Source of the DNA: an uncultured virus (IMG/VR IMGVR_UViG_3300048589_001558)
Lineage: Duplodnaviria; Heunggongvirae; Uroviricota; Caudoviricetes
DNA: 64,000 nucleotides
Virus record (IMG/VR): IMGVR_UViG_3300048589_001558
Direction: 5' to 3' (one strand)
In this document: positions 10,125 to 19,119 of the stretch, in pieces
How the letters are laid out: every line of letters begins with the position of its first letter
Numbering within the stretch: position 1 is the first letter of the stretch
Notes under the pieces: model-generated
Database searches by the model: none
Told to the model about the DNA's origin: nothing
The model's input: only the letters and a program-made list of their open reading frames with translations
Translations under genes and position numbers: made by a program

Positions 10125-10510
10125 AGCACGGCTCCTGCGTCTTGGGCCTCGGCGGGAATCGCGGGCGCGTCGGATTGCGGATTGGTGAGATCGGGACCGC
10201 CGGCAGCCGTGAAACCGGCGAGCGCGGTGGAGAGGATGAGGATGGCGAGCGGGTCTGTTCTCGCCCGCACGTCGTTGTCGAGAATGCGTCGGGCAAGTTC
10301 AATGGCGCCGTCGAGGCTGACGGGACCGCAGATGATGCGATCGCCAGCGTCGGCAAGCAGCACGTCGCCGGGGTAGAACGGCATCTCGACCGGCCCGTTC
10401 TTCGTGGCGACTTCCATCATGCCCGGCTGCGTGACGCGCATCACGCGCCACCTGCCGGCATAGTATATGTCGAGGACGGCTGCGTGGATTTCAGTGCTTT
10501 CGTCGATCAT
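10121..10510 (-). CDS. Hypothetical protein
   Basis: Start trimmed to MIDESTE (ATGA overlap). Confidence 0.6.
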   Translation of the reverse strand: MIDESTEIHAAVLDIYYAGRWRVMRVTQPGMMEVATKNGPVEMPFYPGDVLLADAGDRIICGPVSLDGAIELARRILDNDVRARTDPLAILILSTALAGFTAAGGPDLTNPQSDAPAIPAEAQDAGAVL

Positions 10511-10653
10511 TTCGCCGGCTCCCGCACAAGCTTGACCTTGGACACGCCATCGTCGGGACGTCGCTTCTTTGCCTCGGCAGCCGCTGCCGCCGCCGTAGCC
10601 GCCGCGACGTCGAGCTTCTCGCCCGAGGACAGGTGAACACGGAACCGCGGCAT
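10507..10653 (-). CDS. Small hypothetical protein (48 aa, MPRFRVHLSSGEKLDV...), absent from ORF track
   Basis: Read manually; TGATG and ATGA overlaps with both neighbours. Confidence 0.6.
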   Translation of the reverse strand: MPRFRVHLSSGEKLDVAAATAAAAAAEAKKRRPDDGVSKVKLVREPAK

Positions 10654-11006
10654 CACGCGTCCCCTTCCACGGGGCGCGGGACGAGGCGGCCTGCCATGGG
10701 CGCTTCCATCTGAGCAATCGTTTCAGCGCGGGATTGGCCTACGATGTTCGGTACGAAGCGACCGTCCTTGTCGACAGCATCGTCGCCCTCATACTCGGCA
10801 CGCTTCGCGCGGTCGGCAGCTTGGGCGATCTTGCCAACGCCATCGCGGCGATCGAAGCCGAAGGTGCCGGCGACTGCGCGCCGAACTCCCTGGAGAAGGC
10901 GAAGCTGTTCCTGCAACTCGTCGATCTGCGGATCGAGCTGCTTGATGAAGGCTTCCGCCGCCATCTTCGTCTGCTCGGTGAGCTTGATGCTGAACAGATG
11001 TTCCAC
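10653..11006 (-). CDS. Hypothetical coiled-coil protein
   Basis: GAGGAGG SD upstream; operon context. Confidence 0.65.
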   Translation of the reverse strand: MEHLFSIKLTEQTKMAAEAFIKQLDPQIDELQEQLRLLQGVRRAVAGTFGFDRRDGVGKIAQAADRAKRAEYEGDDAVDKDGRFVPNIVGQSRAETIAQMEAPMAGRLVPRPVEGDA

Positions 11007-11008
11007 AG

Positions 11009-12271
11009 TCAGCCCTCCTCGCCCGGCTCGCGCTCATCGACATCGCCGTCGAAGCCGGCAAGCCATTGCTCAAGCAGATGCTCGTCACCGGAAAAGCGCT
11101 GAGGTACGGCCTTGCGGCTTACCCCCTTGGCGCGGGCTTGCTGGCCGGCCTCGTAGGCTTCCTGAGATGTTGGGGCGTCGCCGTCCGAGGCCTGGGTATA
11201 GGGCGGGGACTCCCCGGACGGCGACTTGGTGTCAGCGGCAGTCGAGCCGGAGGTCTGCTTCTGCGTGCTGTCACCATCGGAGTCGGACCTACGCGACGAA
11301 TCCTTCTCCGATTCTCTATCTTCCTGCTCGGTTCTGGCGGTCCTCCGCGCCGTGGCGTTGGCATCCGCAGCCTCATCGTCCCATTCCTGCTGCGTGCGGC
11401 CGACAGGCTCGCGGTCGCGCGGTCCCAAGTCGACGCCGCCGGCGAGATCGTCCAGGCGATGCGTGAGGGATTTCCGCTGCTGCGGCGGGCCGGCAAGCCG
11501 CTGCGCCTGCAACTCCATGTCGTAGAGGAAGTTGTCGCGCGACAGGACCTGCTCCAGCTCGCGCGAGATCGGCAGCCGCTTGGCAAGGCGCTTGATGGCC
11601 GACTTGATCGCCATCTGGTCCCACCAGTCGACCCAGGGACCGCGCTCCGAATACTTCGAAGCCTTGCGGATCTTCTCCACTTCCTGCGTATCCAGCACCT
11701 CGGCGAACGTGCCGCCACCTTCGGCGTCCTTCATGATGACGCGCGCATAGATGCGGCGAATGATCGACTTGTCAGGGTCTTCCGCCGGCTCGTGATGCAG
11801 GTGCTCGCCGGCGTCGTCCTTCCAGTAGCGGAACTGGTCACCGCCATAGACGATACCGACGTCGGCCGACTTCACCTTGCCGGTATTGTAGATCTTGGTG
11901 AGAACGCCCCTCACCATCGGCAACCACTGGACCTTCTTGATCCAGACATCCGGGTCCTTCTTGTTCTCCTTCGGCAGCTTCGTGTTGTAGATGACGAGCG
12001 CGCCTTCCTTCTTGTCCGGAAGCAGTCCGTCGTTCGCCGCCGCAAGGCACGATTCGAAAAGTGACACGCGATCGGCGGCCAGCAGGAGCGGGTCGGCCAT
12101 GACGGCCTGCATGATGATGCTCTTGAACCGCTGCGGCGTGATGTGTGACGGCAATGCCTCGGCAAAGCCGTCGAGCCGCTGCTCAAGCTGGTGACGGAAG
12201 TCGCTCGCCGACGACTTGCCTTTCTCGGCTTTGTCCTGCCGCGGCTTTTCGGTGGTTGCTGGTGCGTTCAT
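11009..12271 (-). CDS. recT: RecT-family single-strand annealing protein with long C-terminal extension
   Basis: LPSHITPQRF, AANDGLLPD, GPWVDWWDQMAIKSAIKRLAKRLP. Confidence 0.9.
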   Translation of the reverse strand: MNAPATTEKPRQDKAEKGKSSASDFRHQLEQRLDGFAEALPSHITPQRFKSIIMQAVMADPLLLAADRVSLFESCLAAANDGLLPDKKEGALVIYNTKLPKENKKDPDVWIKKVQWLPMVRGVLTKIYNTGKVKSADVGIVYGGDQFRYWKDDAGEHLHHEPAEDPDKSIIRRIYARVIMKDAEGGGTFAEVLDTQEVEKIRKASKYSERGPWVDWWDQMAIKSAIKRLAKRLPISRELEQVLSRDNFLYDMELQAQRLAGPPQQRKSLTHRLDDLAGGVDLGPRDREPVGRTQQEWDDEAADANATARRTARTEQEDRESEKDSSRRSDSDGDSTQKQTSGSTAADTKSPSGESPPYTQASDGDAPTSQEAYEAGQQARAKGVSRKAVPQRFSGDEHLLEQWLAGFDGDVDEREPGEEG

Positions 12272-12300
12272 ACGCGCATGCTCCTGCTGTGCCGGGCCGA

Positions 12301-13104
12301 TCAGCCGCGGAAGGTGGTTTTCGATTCCTGGAAAAACTCGACGCCCGCGAGCGTCCGGGTGCCTTTGTTCGCCCGCACGAAGGCGCGCAGCGCCTTCTCG
12401 ACGGCATCGACACCGAAATACGGACGAAGCTCGTCCAGCGGGATTTTGGTCACGTCGACGACACGGAAGGTCCAGGGCGCCGACTGCGAGATCGTGCCAG
12501 CTTCGGTGCGCGTCGGTCCCTTGCCTGCAAGCTGCACCCTGGCCTGTGCCTCAAGGGCGCGCTGCTCGGCCTGGGCGGCTTCCTCAAGGATCACGTCACC
12601 GATGACGCTGTGCTCGGCCTGCGCTGCCTCATCCAGCTTGCGCTGCCGCTCCTCGGCTGCGCGCTTCGCCTCCTCGGCTGCGCGCCGCCTTTCGTCGTCA
12701 CGCTTCTTCTGGTCGTAGCGACCGACGAGCTGCTCGAAGACCTCGGCGATCCGGTCGGGCCGCGCCTTCTGGCTATTGAACAGCTTGTTGGTCTGCTCAA
12801 CCTCAAGGCGCATCGGCTCGGTATGCTTGAGCCGCGTTTCGTCAATGCGCTTCGATATCTTCTTCGCGGCAAGGCCAACCTTTGTCAGCGCATCGCGCTG
12901 CTCGTCGGTCTTGACCTCGACGGGATCACCAAGATCGGCCTTCGCCGTGTTGGCGTCGGCCGCGATCTGCTCGACCTCCTTGAACAGGGCTTCGTAGCGG
13001 TCGCGGATGATCTCCTCGAGCGATGGCTGATTGTGTCCTTGCACCGCGTCCGGATTGAGCAGCACGTCGGACGGGTCGATGGATGGTGCGTCAGAAATCC
13101 GCAT
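12301..13104 (-). CDS. Coiled-coil phage recombination-module protein
   Basis: Long helical body, C-terminal WTFRVVDVTKIP...LAGVEFF; between YqaJ/HNH and RecT. Confidence 0.7.
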   Translation of the reverse strand: MRISDAPSIDPSDVLLNPDAVQGHNQPSLEEIIRDRYEALFKEVEQIAADANTAKADLGDPVEVKTDEQRDALTKVGLAAKKISKRIDETRLKHTEPMRLEVEQTNKLFNSQKARPDRIAEVFEQLVGRYDQKKRDDERRRAAEEAKRAAEERQRKLDEAAQAEHSVIGDVILEEAAQAEQRALEAQARVQLAGKGPTRTEAGTISQSAPWTFRVVDVTKIPLDELRPYFGVDAVEKALRAFVRANKGTRTLAGVEFFQESKTTFRG

Positions 13105-13519
13105 GGATTTGCTCCTTGTGGGTCCGTTTGTCTGCCTCGTTCTCTGAGCGTGTTTTCCACAGCAGATGCCGGGGGCTCACACAGCCAGAAGCACCTCTTC
13201 CGCAAAGGTGAGCCGCCTCGTGAGCAGGCGTCGGGGCAGGCCCGTGGATGACTTCGCAAACCATCCGACAAACCAAGCGGGTCTCTCGATTGAGCTTGAT
13301 CTTCGCGTAGCCACCAAGCGTTCGGCTGTGCGGCCAAATCAGACACTCGTCGCCCCGATGCCGGAGCACTACTTGCTCGTAGAATCGTGCCACGGCGCCG
13401 CGGCTGATTCTTCCCGCGAGCGGATCACCGTACCGTTGCCAACGTCGGTAATGCGCACGGCACCAACCTCGTTCGCGTGACTTCCGTTCGCATGTGGCGA
13501 TCGAACAAGTTCTTGGCAT
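13091..13519 (-). CDS. HNH / His-Cys-type homing endonuclease
   Basis: CSIATC...WCRAHY; ECLIW...GGYAKI; EAAHLCG...CVSPRHLLWKTRSEN. Confidence 0.8.
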   Translation of the reverse strand: MPRTCSIATCERKSRERGWCRAHYRRWQRYGDPLAGRISRGAVARFYEQVVLRHRGDECLIWPHSRTLGGYAKIKLNRETRLVCRMVCEVIHGPAPTPAHEAAHLCGRGASGCVSPRHLLWKTRSENEADKRTHKEQIHADF

Positions 13520-13523
13520 GGAG

Positions 13524-14471
13524 CTAAAATCCCCTGTTCGGATCAGCAAGCTGACGAGGTGTGACGCGCAGGGCGCGAACGCCCCGCTGGTTGACGGGGG
13601 CGGCGATGTTCCATCGCGATGTGAAGGCGGCTTCTGCGGTGCCGAGCCTCTGCAGAATGCCGGCACGGGCGCGCTCGCCGCGCTCACGCGCAGAGCGGAC
13701 AGTCTTCCCTTCGGCGAGGAAGATATCGCACTGCAGGTCGATCTCCGGATCGCCGGTCAGGTCCTTGCGGAAGGGCAGCGTCTCCCGATGCACGTCGATG
13801 ACGGCCGCGACGTCGCGGGACCAGTCCGGATCGGGCTCGACACCGCTTTCGACCAGTTTCCAGAATTCCGCGGCGGCAACCTTGAGCCTCGTCCACAACC
13901 GATCGTGGAGAGGAACGTCCACGACATGGAGCTTGAGCGTCCCCTGCCATGTGATCACCAGCACGGCGACCTTCGTGAAGGTGCAGCCGGTCAGCTTCGC
14001 CTCATCGATCGCCTGCACGCAGATCCACAGTGGCGGCGCGACTTCCTGCGTTTCAGGGTCGAGCCACTGCTCGCGGAATGCGCGCTCGGAGGCGGTCTTG
14101 ATCTGGAGATTGCCGGTTCCGACGACTCCGGGAATCTCCAGAAATGCGTCTGGCGTGGCACCGATGCGGATCGCCGCATCACGGTAATAGGCCCGGTCGT
14201 TCCTGTAGGTGATCGTCCACTCCGGATGACGCCGGCGAACCATCTCGACGACGACGGGCTCCAGCAGCTCGCCGCGTTCCATCGCCTCGTTCTGCTCGTC
14301 AGTCTCCGGGCGGGAGGCCCGGCCCGACTTCTCCGCCCAAAGCTGGTAGTAGGACACGTAGGGATGAACGCCATCGCCGAGCAGCGCGGCCGCGACCGAC
14401 GCCGTGACGTCGACATTGCGGGCCGCGAGCCAAGCGCCCTTGTTCGCCGGATAGATGATCTCAACCGGCAT
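13524..14471 (-). CDS. YqaJ-like (lambda exo/RecE-type) exonuclease
   Basis: WLAAR...VTASVAAALLG, AMERGELLEP, ATPDA, LQIKT; partner of RecT. Confidence 0.88.
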   Translation of the reverse strand: MPVEIIYPANKGAWLAARNVDVTASVAAALLGDGVHPYVSYYQLWAEKSGRASRPETDEQNEAMERGELLEPVVVEMVRRRHPEWTITYRNDRAYYRDAAIRIGATPDAFLEIPGVVGTGNLQIKTASERAFREQWLDPETQEVAPPLWICVQAIDEAKLTGCTFTKVAVLVITWQGTLKLHVVDVPLHDRLWTRLKVAAAEFWKLVESGVEPDPDWSRDVAAVIDVHRETLPFRKDLTGDPEIDLQCDIFLAEGKTVRSARERGERARAGILQRLGTAEAAFTSRWNIAAPVNQRGVRALRVTPRQLADPNRGF

Positions 14472-14664
14472 CGGGAGCACCCACTAAGTGGAGGAACTGC
14501 TCCAACGAGGCGACCATCCCCCAGGAGAAGACGAGGATCGCGAGCAGGAAGCGATCGAACGAACGCGCGCCGATCAGGTATGCGGCATACATCCCGCAGA
14601 ACAGGTACGCCGGGACCAGGAACACCTGATAGGCGAAGCCCGCATAGTCGAGTATCGCGCTCAT
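14461..14664 (-). CDS. Small membrane protein
   Basis: Two hydrophobic segments; coupled. Confidence 0.6.
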   Translation of the reverse strand: MSAILDYAGFAYQVFLVPAYLFCGMYAAYLIGARSFDRFLLAILVFSWGMVASLEQFLHLVGAPDAG

Positions 14665-14822
14665 GCGGCCCTCCGGATCGCGTGGTAGCGCTCACGCAGC
14701 ACCGGCCAGGCCGAGATCACCCAACGCTCGACGAGGATGGCATCGGCCGGCGCCATGACGGCGCCGGCCAGCCAGCGGTCAAACAGGTCAGGAATGCATG
14801 GTTGCGGGTCGTTTGACGGCAT
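14661..14822 (-). CDS. Small hypothetical protein, first gene of PL operon
   Basis: AGGAGA SD before ATG at 14822 (MPSNDPQ). Confidence 0.55.
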   Translation of the reverse strand: MPSNDPQPCIPDLFDRWLAGAVMAPADAILVERWVISAWPVLRERYHAIRRAA

Positions 14823-14843
14823 CGGAATATCTCCTGTGCCGCA

Positions 14844-14897
14844 ACCATAGAGGCGATATTTGTATCCCGTCAAGCGGGTGGGAGATAAAAATATCTT
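14844..14897 (-). promoter_or_regulatory. PL promoter with repressor operators
   Basis: TTGACG (14868-14873) and TATGGT (14844-14849) on minus strand; imperfect palindromes GCGATATTTGTATCCC (14853-14868) and GAGATAAAAATATCTT (14882-14897). Confidence 0.7.
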
Positions 14898-15145
14898 TGC
14901 TTTTATCGCCGGCCGATCGACCCCTCGATCGATGCTCGCGCGCGCGATTCGCCAGCCTTGAGACGAACAGCTCTACGTTCAGAAGGGCGCGTAAGCGCCC
15001 GTTCTGGAAGGTCAGAGACTACGTTGGAGACAGATCACGGTTGTGCAGGATGAGAGGCACTACGTTGAAGGTTTATATCTGTCATCCGCGCGAACGCGCT
15101 CTGGCGAGCGCCCGCGCGTGGCCGAAACTTCGCCGTCCCGTCAAG

Positions 15146-15544
15146 TCAGAAGTCGCAGATACTCTCGCCGGCTTTCATCCACGGCGTCAGGTCAACCTTC
15201 GCGCCCGGCACATCCTCTCTGTCTTTCCAGATCGGACGGATCGATTCGAGCTTCAGCCACTGGCCGGCGATGCCGTTCAGCGCGTACGACTGACCGCCTT
15301 CGGTCGTCGCTGTGAGCGCATAGAGTTGGTCGTAGCCGTCCCTCGTCTCGCAGGTGATCACCACCTTATCCACAGTGAACCCCCAAGGGCACGTCGCCTC
15401 GGCAGCGCTGGCGAAGATCGCCTTCTTGCCGTCGATCTCATGAAGGCGTCCGCCGCAGAGATCGTCGTCGCCCGCGTGCGCAGCACCAGTGATTGTCCCC
15501 AGGATCGCAGCAACCACCAACCTCTTGACGGCGCGACGAATCAC
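15146..15544 (-). CDS. Secreted YebY/DUF2511-like protein
   Basis: Signal peptide KRLVVAAILGTITGAAHA; PWGFTVDKVVITC, YALNGIA, PIWKD, KVDLTP; start uncertain. Confidence 0.65.
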   Translation of the reverse strand: MIRRAVKRLVVAAILGTITGAAHAGDDDLCGGRLHEIDGKKAIFASAAEATCPWGFTVDKVVITCETRDGYDQLYALTATTEGGQSYALNGIAGQWLKLESIRPIWKDREDVPGAKVDLTPWMKAGESICDF

Positions 15545-15561
15545 CTCACCGAGTCGCTTTT

Positions 15562-15576
15562 GTTCTTGTTGCGTTC
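15562..15576 (+). promoter_or_regulatory. Alphaproteobacterial LexA (SOS) box
   Basis: GTTC-TTGTTGC-GTTC = GTTC-N7-GTTC, 50 nt upstream of ORF 15626. Confidence 0.75.
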
Positions 15577-15625
15577 TGGAAAGAGAGTCATGATGTCGCA
15601 CATAAAAACAGGCAGGGAGCCGTCC

Positions 15626-15880
15626 ATGAGTGCGTATTTCGTCGTCGTGAGTTTCACCCGCCAGAGCCGCGGCGGGCTTCGGCAAGATGTCCCGGTGCAA
15701 GCCCAGAACACGGCGCATGCGCGCCGGATGGCGCAGCGCCTGGCTGAACAAAAGGCCTGCGTCATCGCCTTCATGCGCGAGGGCGACCCGCTTACCGGCG
15801 ACTTCGAGGACGCGCGTCTTATCGCTGCGCATGGTGACGTCCCTGACGAAGTGCATGAGATGCCGAGGGTTGACGCCTAA
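15626..15880 (+). CDS. Small putative SOS-regulated protein (84 aa)
   Basis: AGGGAG SD; MSAYFVVVSF...GDPLTGDFEDA; LexA box upstream. Confidence 0.75.
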   Translation: MSAYFVVVSFTRQSRGGLRQDVPVQAQNTAHARRMAQRLAEQKACVIAFMREGDPLTGDFEDARLIAAHGDVPDEVHEMPRVDA

Positions 15881-16584
15881 CGGGCATCGTATTTCCCCAC
15901 AATGCGGTGGCAGTACGGCCAGTCTGCGCGGGATTCGGTAAAATCCTTCGCCGGGTTGTACTGCCGCAGGTTCCAATCGCGATCGTCATACCCGATGAGT
16001 CGTTTCACCATCGCCTCTGCCTCCGGGATATTGAAGGGCGGGACGTGGTAAAGCACGACGTTCGCATTGAACGTCGGCGGCAGGTGCGGGTTGACCAAAG
16101 CAAGATCGCCCGGCTCGTAGGCAGGGATCATCGAGGTCCCGATGATGTAGATCCCGTAGGCGTCGCGGACATTCTCAAGCAGCGAGGGGCGCTTCACGTA
16201 GTCGATCGCGTCGAAGGACACGATATGATGGCCGTCGCCACCCATGGCGGCCGCGAACACGGGTAGATTCCGCTCGCCGACCAGAGGACGCCCCGGAAGC
16301 GTGACAGGTGTGAAACTCCCGGGAGAGGTCCTGTCGACCGGTTGCTGATTGCGAATATCCTCAATGCCTTCTCCGGTCGTCAGCCACTCGACTGTCGTCT
16401 GCAGCACAACGGCAAGGCGCGTCAGCTCCTCGACACGCGGCGAGCGCGATTTCCCCTCCTTGATGTTCTTGATGTAGGCCTTGCTCAGCCCTGCCGCGAG
16501 GGATGCGCCCGCAGCGCTCAACCCCAAGACGTTCTGGCGTTTCTCGATTCGCTGGTAGAGAAGATTGGGGGGCGCGTCGCTCAT
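15877..16584 (-). CDS. cI: CI-like repressor (XRE HTH plus S24 peptidase domain)
   Basis: N-terminal HTH ...LAVVLQTTVEWL; GTSMIP (Ser) and VKRL (Lys); divergent from cro. Confidence 0.92.
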   Translation of the reverse strand: MSDAPPNLLYQRIEKRQNVLGLSAAGASLAAGLSKAYIKNIKEGKSRSPRVEELTRLAVVLQTTVEWLTTGEGIEDIRNQQPVDRTSPGSFTPVTLPGRPLVGERNLPVFAAAMGGDGHHIVSFDAIDYVKRPSLLENVRDAYGIYIIGTSMIPAYEPGDLALVNPHLPPTFNANVVLYHVPPFNIPEAEAMVKRLIGYDDRDWNLRQYNPAKDFTESRADWPYCHRIVGKYDAR

Positions 16585-16586
16585 GC

Positions 16587-16664
16587 GAGATATATTAATC
16601 TCACGAGCCGTTGTCAGTTAGCGATAAATATACGCTTGACAATAGAGATATTCGTATCTCATTC
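16587..16664. promoter_or_regulatory. OR region: PR promoter and operators
   Basis: GAGATATATTAATCTC (16587-16602), GAGATATTCGTATCTC (16645-16660), TTGACA (16636-16641); cI and cro appear nearly leaderless. Confidence 0.75.
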
Positions 16665-16672
16665 ATATCGGC

Positions 16673-16936
16673 ATGACGCTGAAAGACTCGCTCATCGCCG
16701 TTTCGACCGAATTTGCCCGGGCGCGCAGCCTGTCGATCTCGCGCGTGTCCAAGCTGGCATTCGGCGACGGCGGGCTTCTGAACCGCCTTCAGAACGGCGG
16801 TGGGATCACGACCGACCGCTTCGAGCTGTCGATGAAATGGTTCTCGGCCAACTGGCCCGAAGGAGCCGTTTGGCCGGAGGACGTCTCGCGTCCAGAGGTT
16901 TCGCCTGAGCCGCAGGCAAATGAGGCTGCGGCATGA
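16673..16936 (+). CDS. cro: Cro-like regulator
   Basis: SRVSKLAFGDGG...WFSANWPEGAVWPEDV; divergent from cI. Confidence 0.8.
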   Translation: MTLKDSLIAVSTEFARARSLSISRVSKLAFGDGGLLNRLQNGGGITTDRFELSMKWFSANWPEGAVWPEDVSRPEVSPEPQANEAAA

Positions 16937-17083
16937 TTCCCGTGTCCAACTCCTCCGGGCACGGGCGCCTGCACCCGTTCGGTGCCGGCATGGTGGGCCG
17001 CGCTGACCGCGCTGCGGCCCACCTCCCCTTCTCCGTCTGCTCATTGGCTGTCTCCAGTTCCGTCGCTGGACAAGGAGATAGCA

Positions 17084-17584
17084 ATGGCCAGCGACAAAGA
17101 CGTGGGGACGTCTCCCGACTGCGCGGAAACGTTGCCCAAGGGCTTGGGGAAGAACCCCAAAGCGGGGAGCGGCGTCATGTCTAGCGTAGCCGCGACGATC
17201 CGCCTGGATGACAGGACGCCACGCGAGGTCATCCGCTCCGTCGGCCGGCTGCTGGCGCCGGGCGTGCCGGCAACAAGCTACTTCGACAAGATCCGCCGAG
17301 AGCTGCGCAAGCGGCTCCCCAACGACATGGATGTGACCGAGCGCCGCGTGCGCGCCATTCACGATGGCGAAGCGCGCCGCGTCGCATGGGAAGAAATGAA
17401 GGCGCTTCTGGAAATCGAAGCGCTCGAGGAGGCCAGACGTGCCAGAAGAGAACTCGCTGCCACGGCCAACCGTCTGGCAGCGCTTATTGAAGCCGAAGAC
17501 CCGCTTCTCGATGGCGGCGAGCGTCGCGCTTTGGGCCGACTTGCTGGCGCAATGGATCGCGCCGGAATCGAGGCAGCCCGATGA
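17084..17584 (+). CDS. Putative CII-position regulator
   Basis: AAGGAG SD; helical HTH-like TERRVRAIHDGEARR; position after cro. Confidence 0.6.
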   Translation: MASDKDVGTSPDCAETLPKGLGKNPKAGSGVMSSVAATIRLDDRTPREVIRSVGRLLAPGVPATSYFDKIRRELRKRLPNDMDVTERRVRAIHDGEARRVAWEEMKALLEIEALEEARRARRELAATANRLAALIEAEDPLLDGGERRALGRLAGAMDRAGIEAAR

Positions 17585-18117
17585 CGACGCAGCACACGCC
17601 GTATGCCCACTGGACGCCGGAGCGGGACAAGCGCCTGCTGGAAATGGTCGGCCGCGGCCTGACGGCGGGACAGATAGCACCGAAGCTCGGCGTGAGCCGC
17701 TCCTCGGTGATCGGGCGCTGCCACCGTCTGAAGGCGAAGATGGTCGCCGAGCCGCCAGGGCCAAGGCCTAAGCCTCGGCCAAAAACTCCCGTGCCGCCCG
17801 CATCACGAGCTGCCGCCCCGCGCAAGAGAGTGGTTGCTGGCATCGCCCTTCCGCCAAGCAAGCCTTCCGTCGATCGGCCGTCGCCTGCGGCCGAGATCAT
17901 CTCGACAAGCCGGGCGGAGTGTTTCCAACCGCTTCCCGATACCGCTCCGATCAGCCTGCTGGCGACCGGTAAGAGGCTCTGCAAATTCCCCGTGAACGGC
18001 GTCCTCGGCCGCGACGATCATTTCTGCGGCCAGCCGAAGACCAAGGAATCCTCACCCTATTGCGCCGTGCATTCGCGCATCGCGTTCAATCCCGCACCAC
18101 TCAAGAGGCTTAGATGA
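17581..18117 (+). CDS. gcrA: GcrA cell-cycle regulator homolog
   Basis: WTPER...GLTAGQIA.KLGVSRSSVIGRCHRL; C-terminal CKFP...FCG...PYCAVH. Confidence 0.9.
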   Translation: MTTQHTPYAHWTPERDKRLLEMVGRGLTAGQIAPKLGVSRSSVIGRCHRLKAKMVAEPPGPRPKPRPKTPVPPASRAAAPRKRVVAGIALPPSKPSVDRPSPAAEIISTSRAECFQPLPDTAPISLLATGKRLCKFPVNGVLGRDDHFCGQPKTKESSPYCAVHSRIAFNPAPLKRLR

Positions 18118-18548
18118 CCGGCCGAATCCTGGAAGGGCGCAACCGCGCGACCCCGCAAGAAGCAGCATCCTTCGTCGACAAGTTCGAGGAGCTTGAGGAC
18201 CAGATTGGCACGCTTCGTTCCGAGTTCATGAACAAGTGCAAAGCCGTCCGCGAGCAGCAGAAGGAACTGCTCGACGATGCGAAGTCGCAGGGCATTGCGA
18301 AGAAGGTTGTGAAGACGATCGCGGAGGCCCGCCGGCTGGAGCAGAAGGCGAAAGCCAAGCTGGACGATCTCGAAGACGACGATCGCGCGCTCGCGGTCGA
18401 TATCCGAAAGGCGCTCGGCGACTACGCCGATCTGCCGCTCGGCGCAGCGGCCGTGGAGCGCGAGGACTCTCAGGACCCGACCACGGCGGCCATCGTCGAT
18501 GCCGCGTCGAAGGAATGGGACGACGCTGCACCGGCGTCGAAGCACTGA
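18114..18548 (+). CDS. gapR: GapR/DUF2312-like nucleoid-associated protein
   Basis: SFVDKFEELE...KELLDDAKSQGIAKKVVKTI...R..., LPLG near C-terminus. Confidence 0.7.
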   Translation: MTGRILEGRNRATPQEAASFVDKFEELEDQIGTLRSEFMNKCKAVREQQKELLDDAKSQGIAKKVVKTIAEARRLEQKAKAKLDDLEDDDRALAVDIRKALGDYADLPLGAAAVEREDSQDPTTAAIVDAASKEWDDAAPASKH

Positions 18549-18582
18549 TTCTCTCCTAGCGGCACAAACAGAGTACCCCGCG

Positions 18583-19119
18583 ATGCTTGTAAATGACTTG
18601 ACCGGTCAGCGGTTCGGCAGGCTGTTGGTCGAACGAGCAGCGGGAGTGCGCAGCCGGTCACGCTTCTGGCTCTGCACTTGCGATTGCGGAACCACGAAGG
18701 AGGTTCGTGGTGCGGACCTCCTGCGCGGGAAGGTCCAGGCCTGCGGTTGCCTGCACAGGGAAATCACCGCACGGCGATCAAGGCGGCATGGACTTCATTG
18801 CGGCGGGCATCACCCGCTTTTCCATGTCTGGAAAGACATGAAGCGTCGCTGCCTAAATGAGAGGCACCACAGCTATCCATCCTATGGCGGTCGCGGCATC
18901 AAGATCTGCGACCGCTGGCTTTACGGTGAACATAACCGCAATGGGTTCGAATGTTTCGTGGGCGATATCGGCGCCCGTCCGTCATCACAACATTCTATCG
19001 ACCGCCGCGACAATGACGGCCATTACGAACCGAACAATTGCCGGTGGGCTACGAAACAGGAACAGGTCCGGAACCGTCGCACCGTAAAGCGGGAGCCGAG
19101 CACGGGAGTGATCCTGTGA
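18583..19119 (+). CDS. HNH-type homing endonuclease
   Basis: DLTGQRFGRL, CTCDCG, WKDMKRRC, YGGRGIKICDRW, SIDRRDNDGHYEPNNCRWAT. Confidence 0.85.
   Translation: MLVNDLTGQRFGRLLVERAAGVRSRSRFWLCTCDCGTTKEVRGADLLRGKVQACGCLHREITARRSRRHGLHCGGHHPLFHVWKDMKRRCLNERHHSYPSYGGRGIKICDRWLYGEHNRNGFECFVGDIGARPSSQHSIDRRDNDGHYEPNNCRWATKQEQVRNRRTVKREPSTGVIL

Noticed and set aside
16580..16680. CtrA box (TTAA-N7-TTAA) in the immunity region or near cos
   Set aside because: Only isolated half-sites found by eye; a PWM scan would be needed
16933..17184. 83-aa ORF after cro
   Set aside because: Overlaps the better-supported 17084 gene; composition unconvincing
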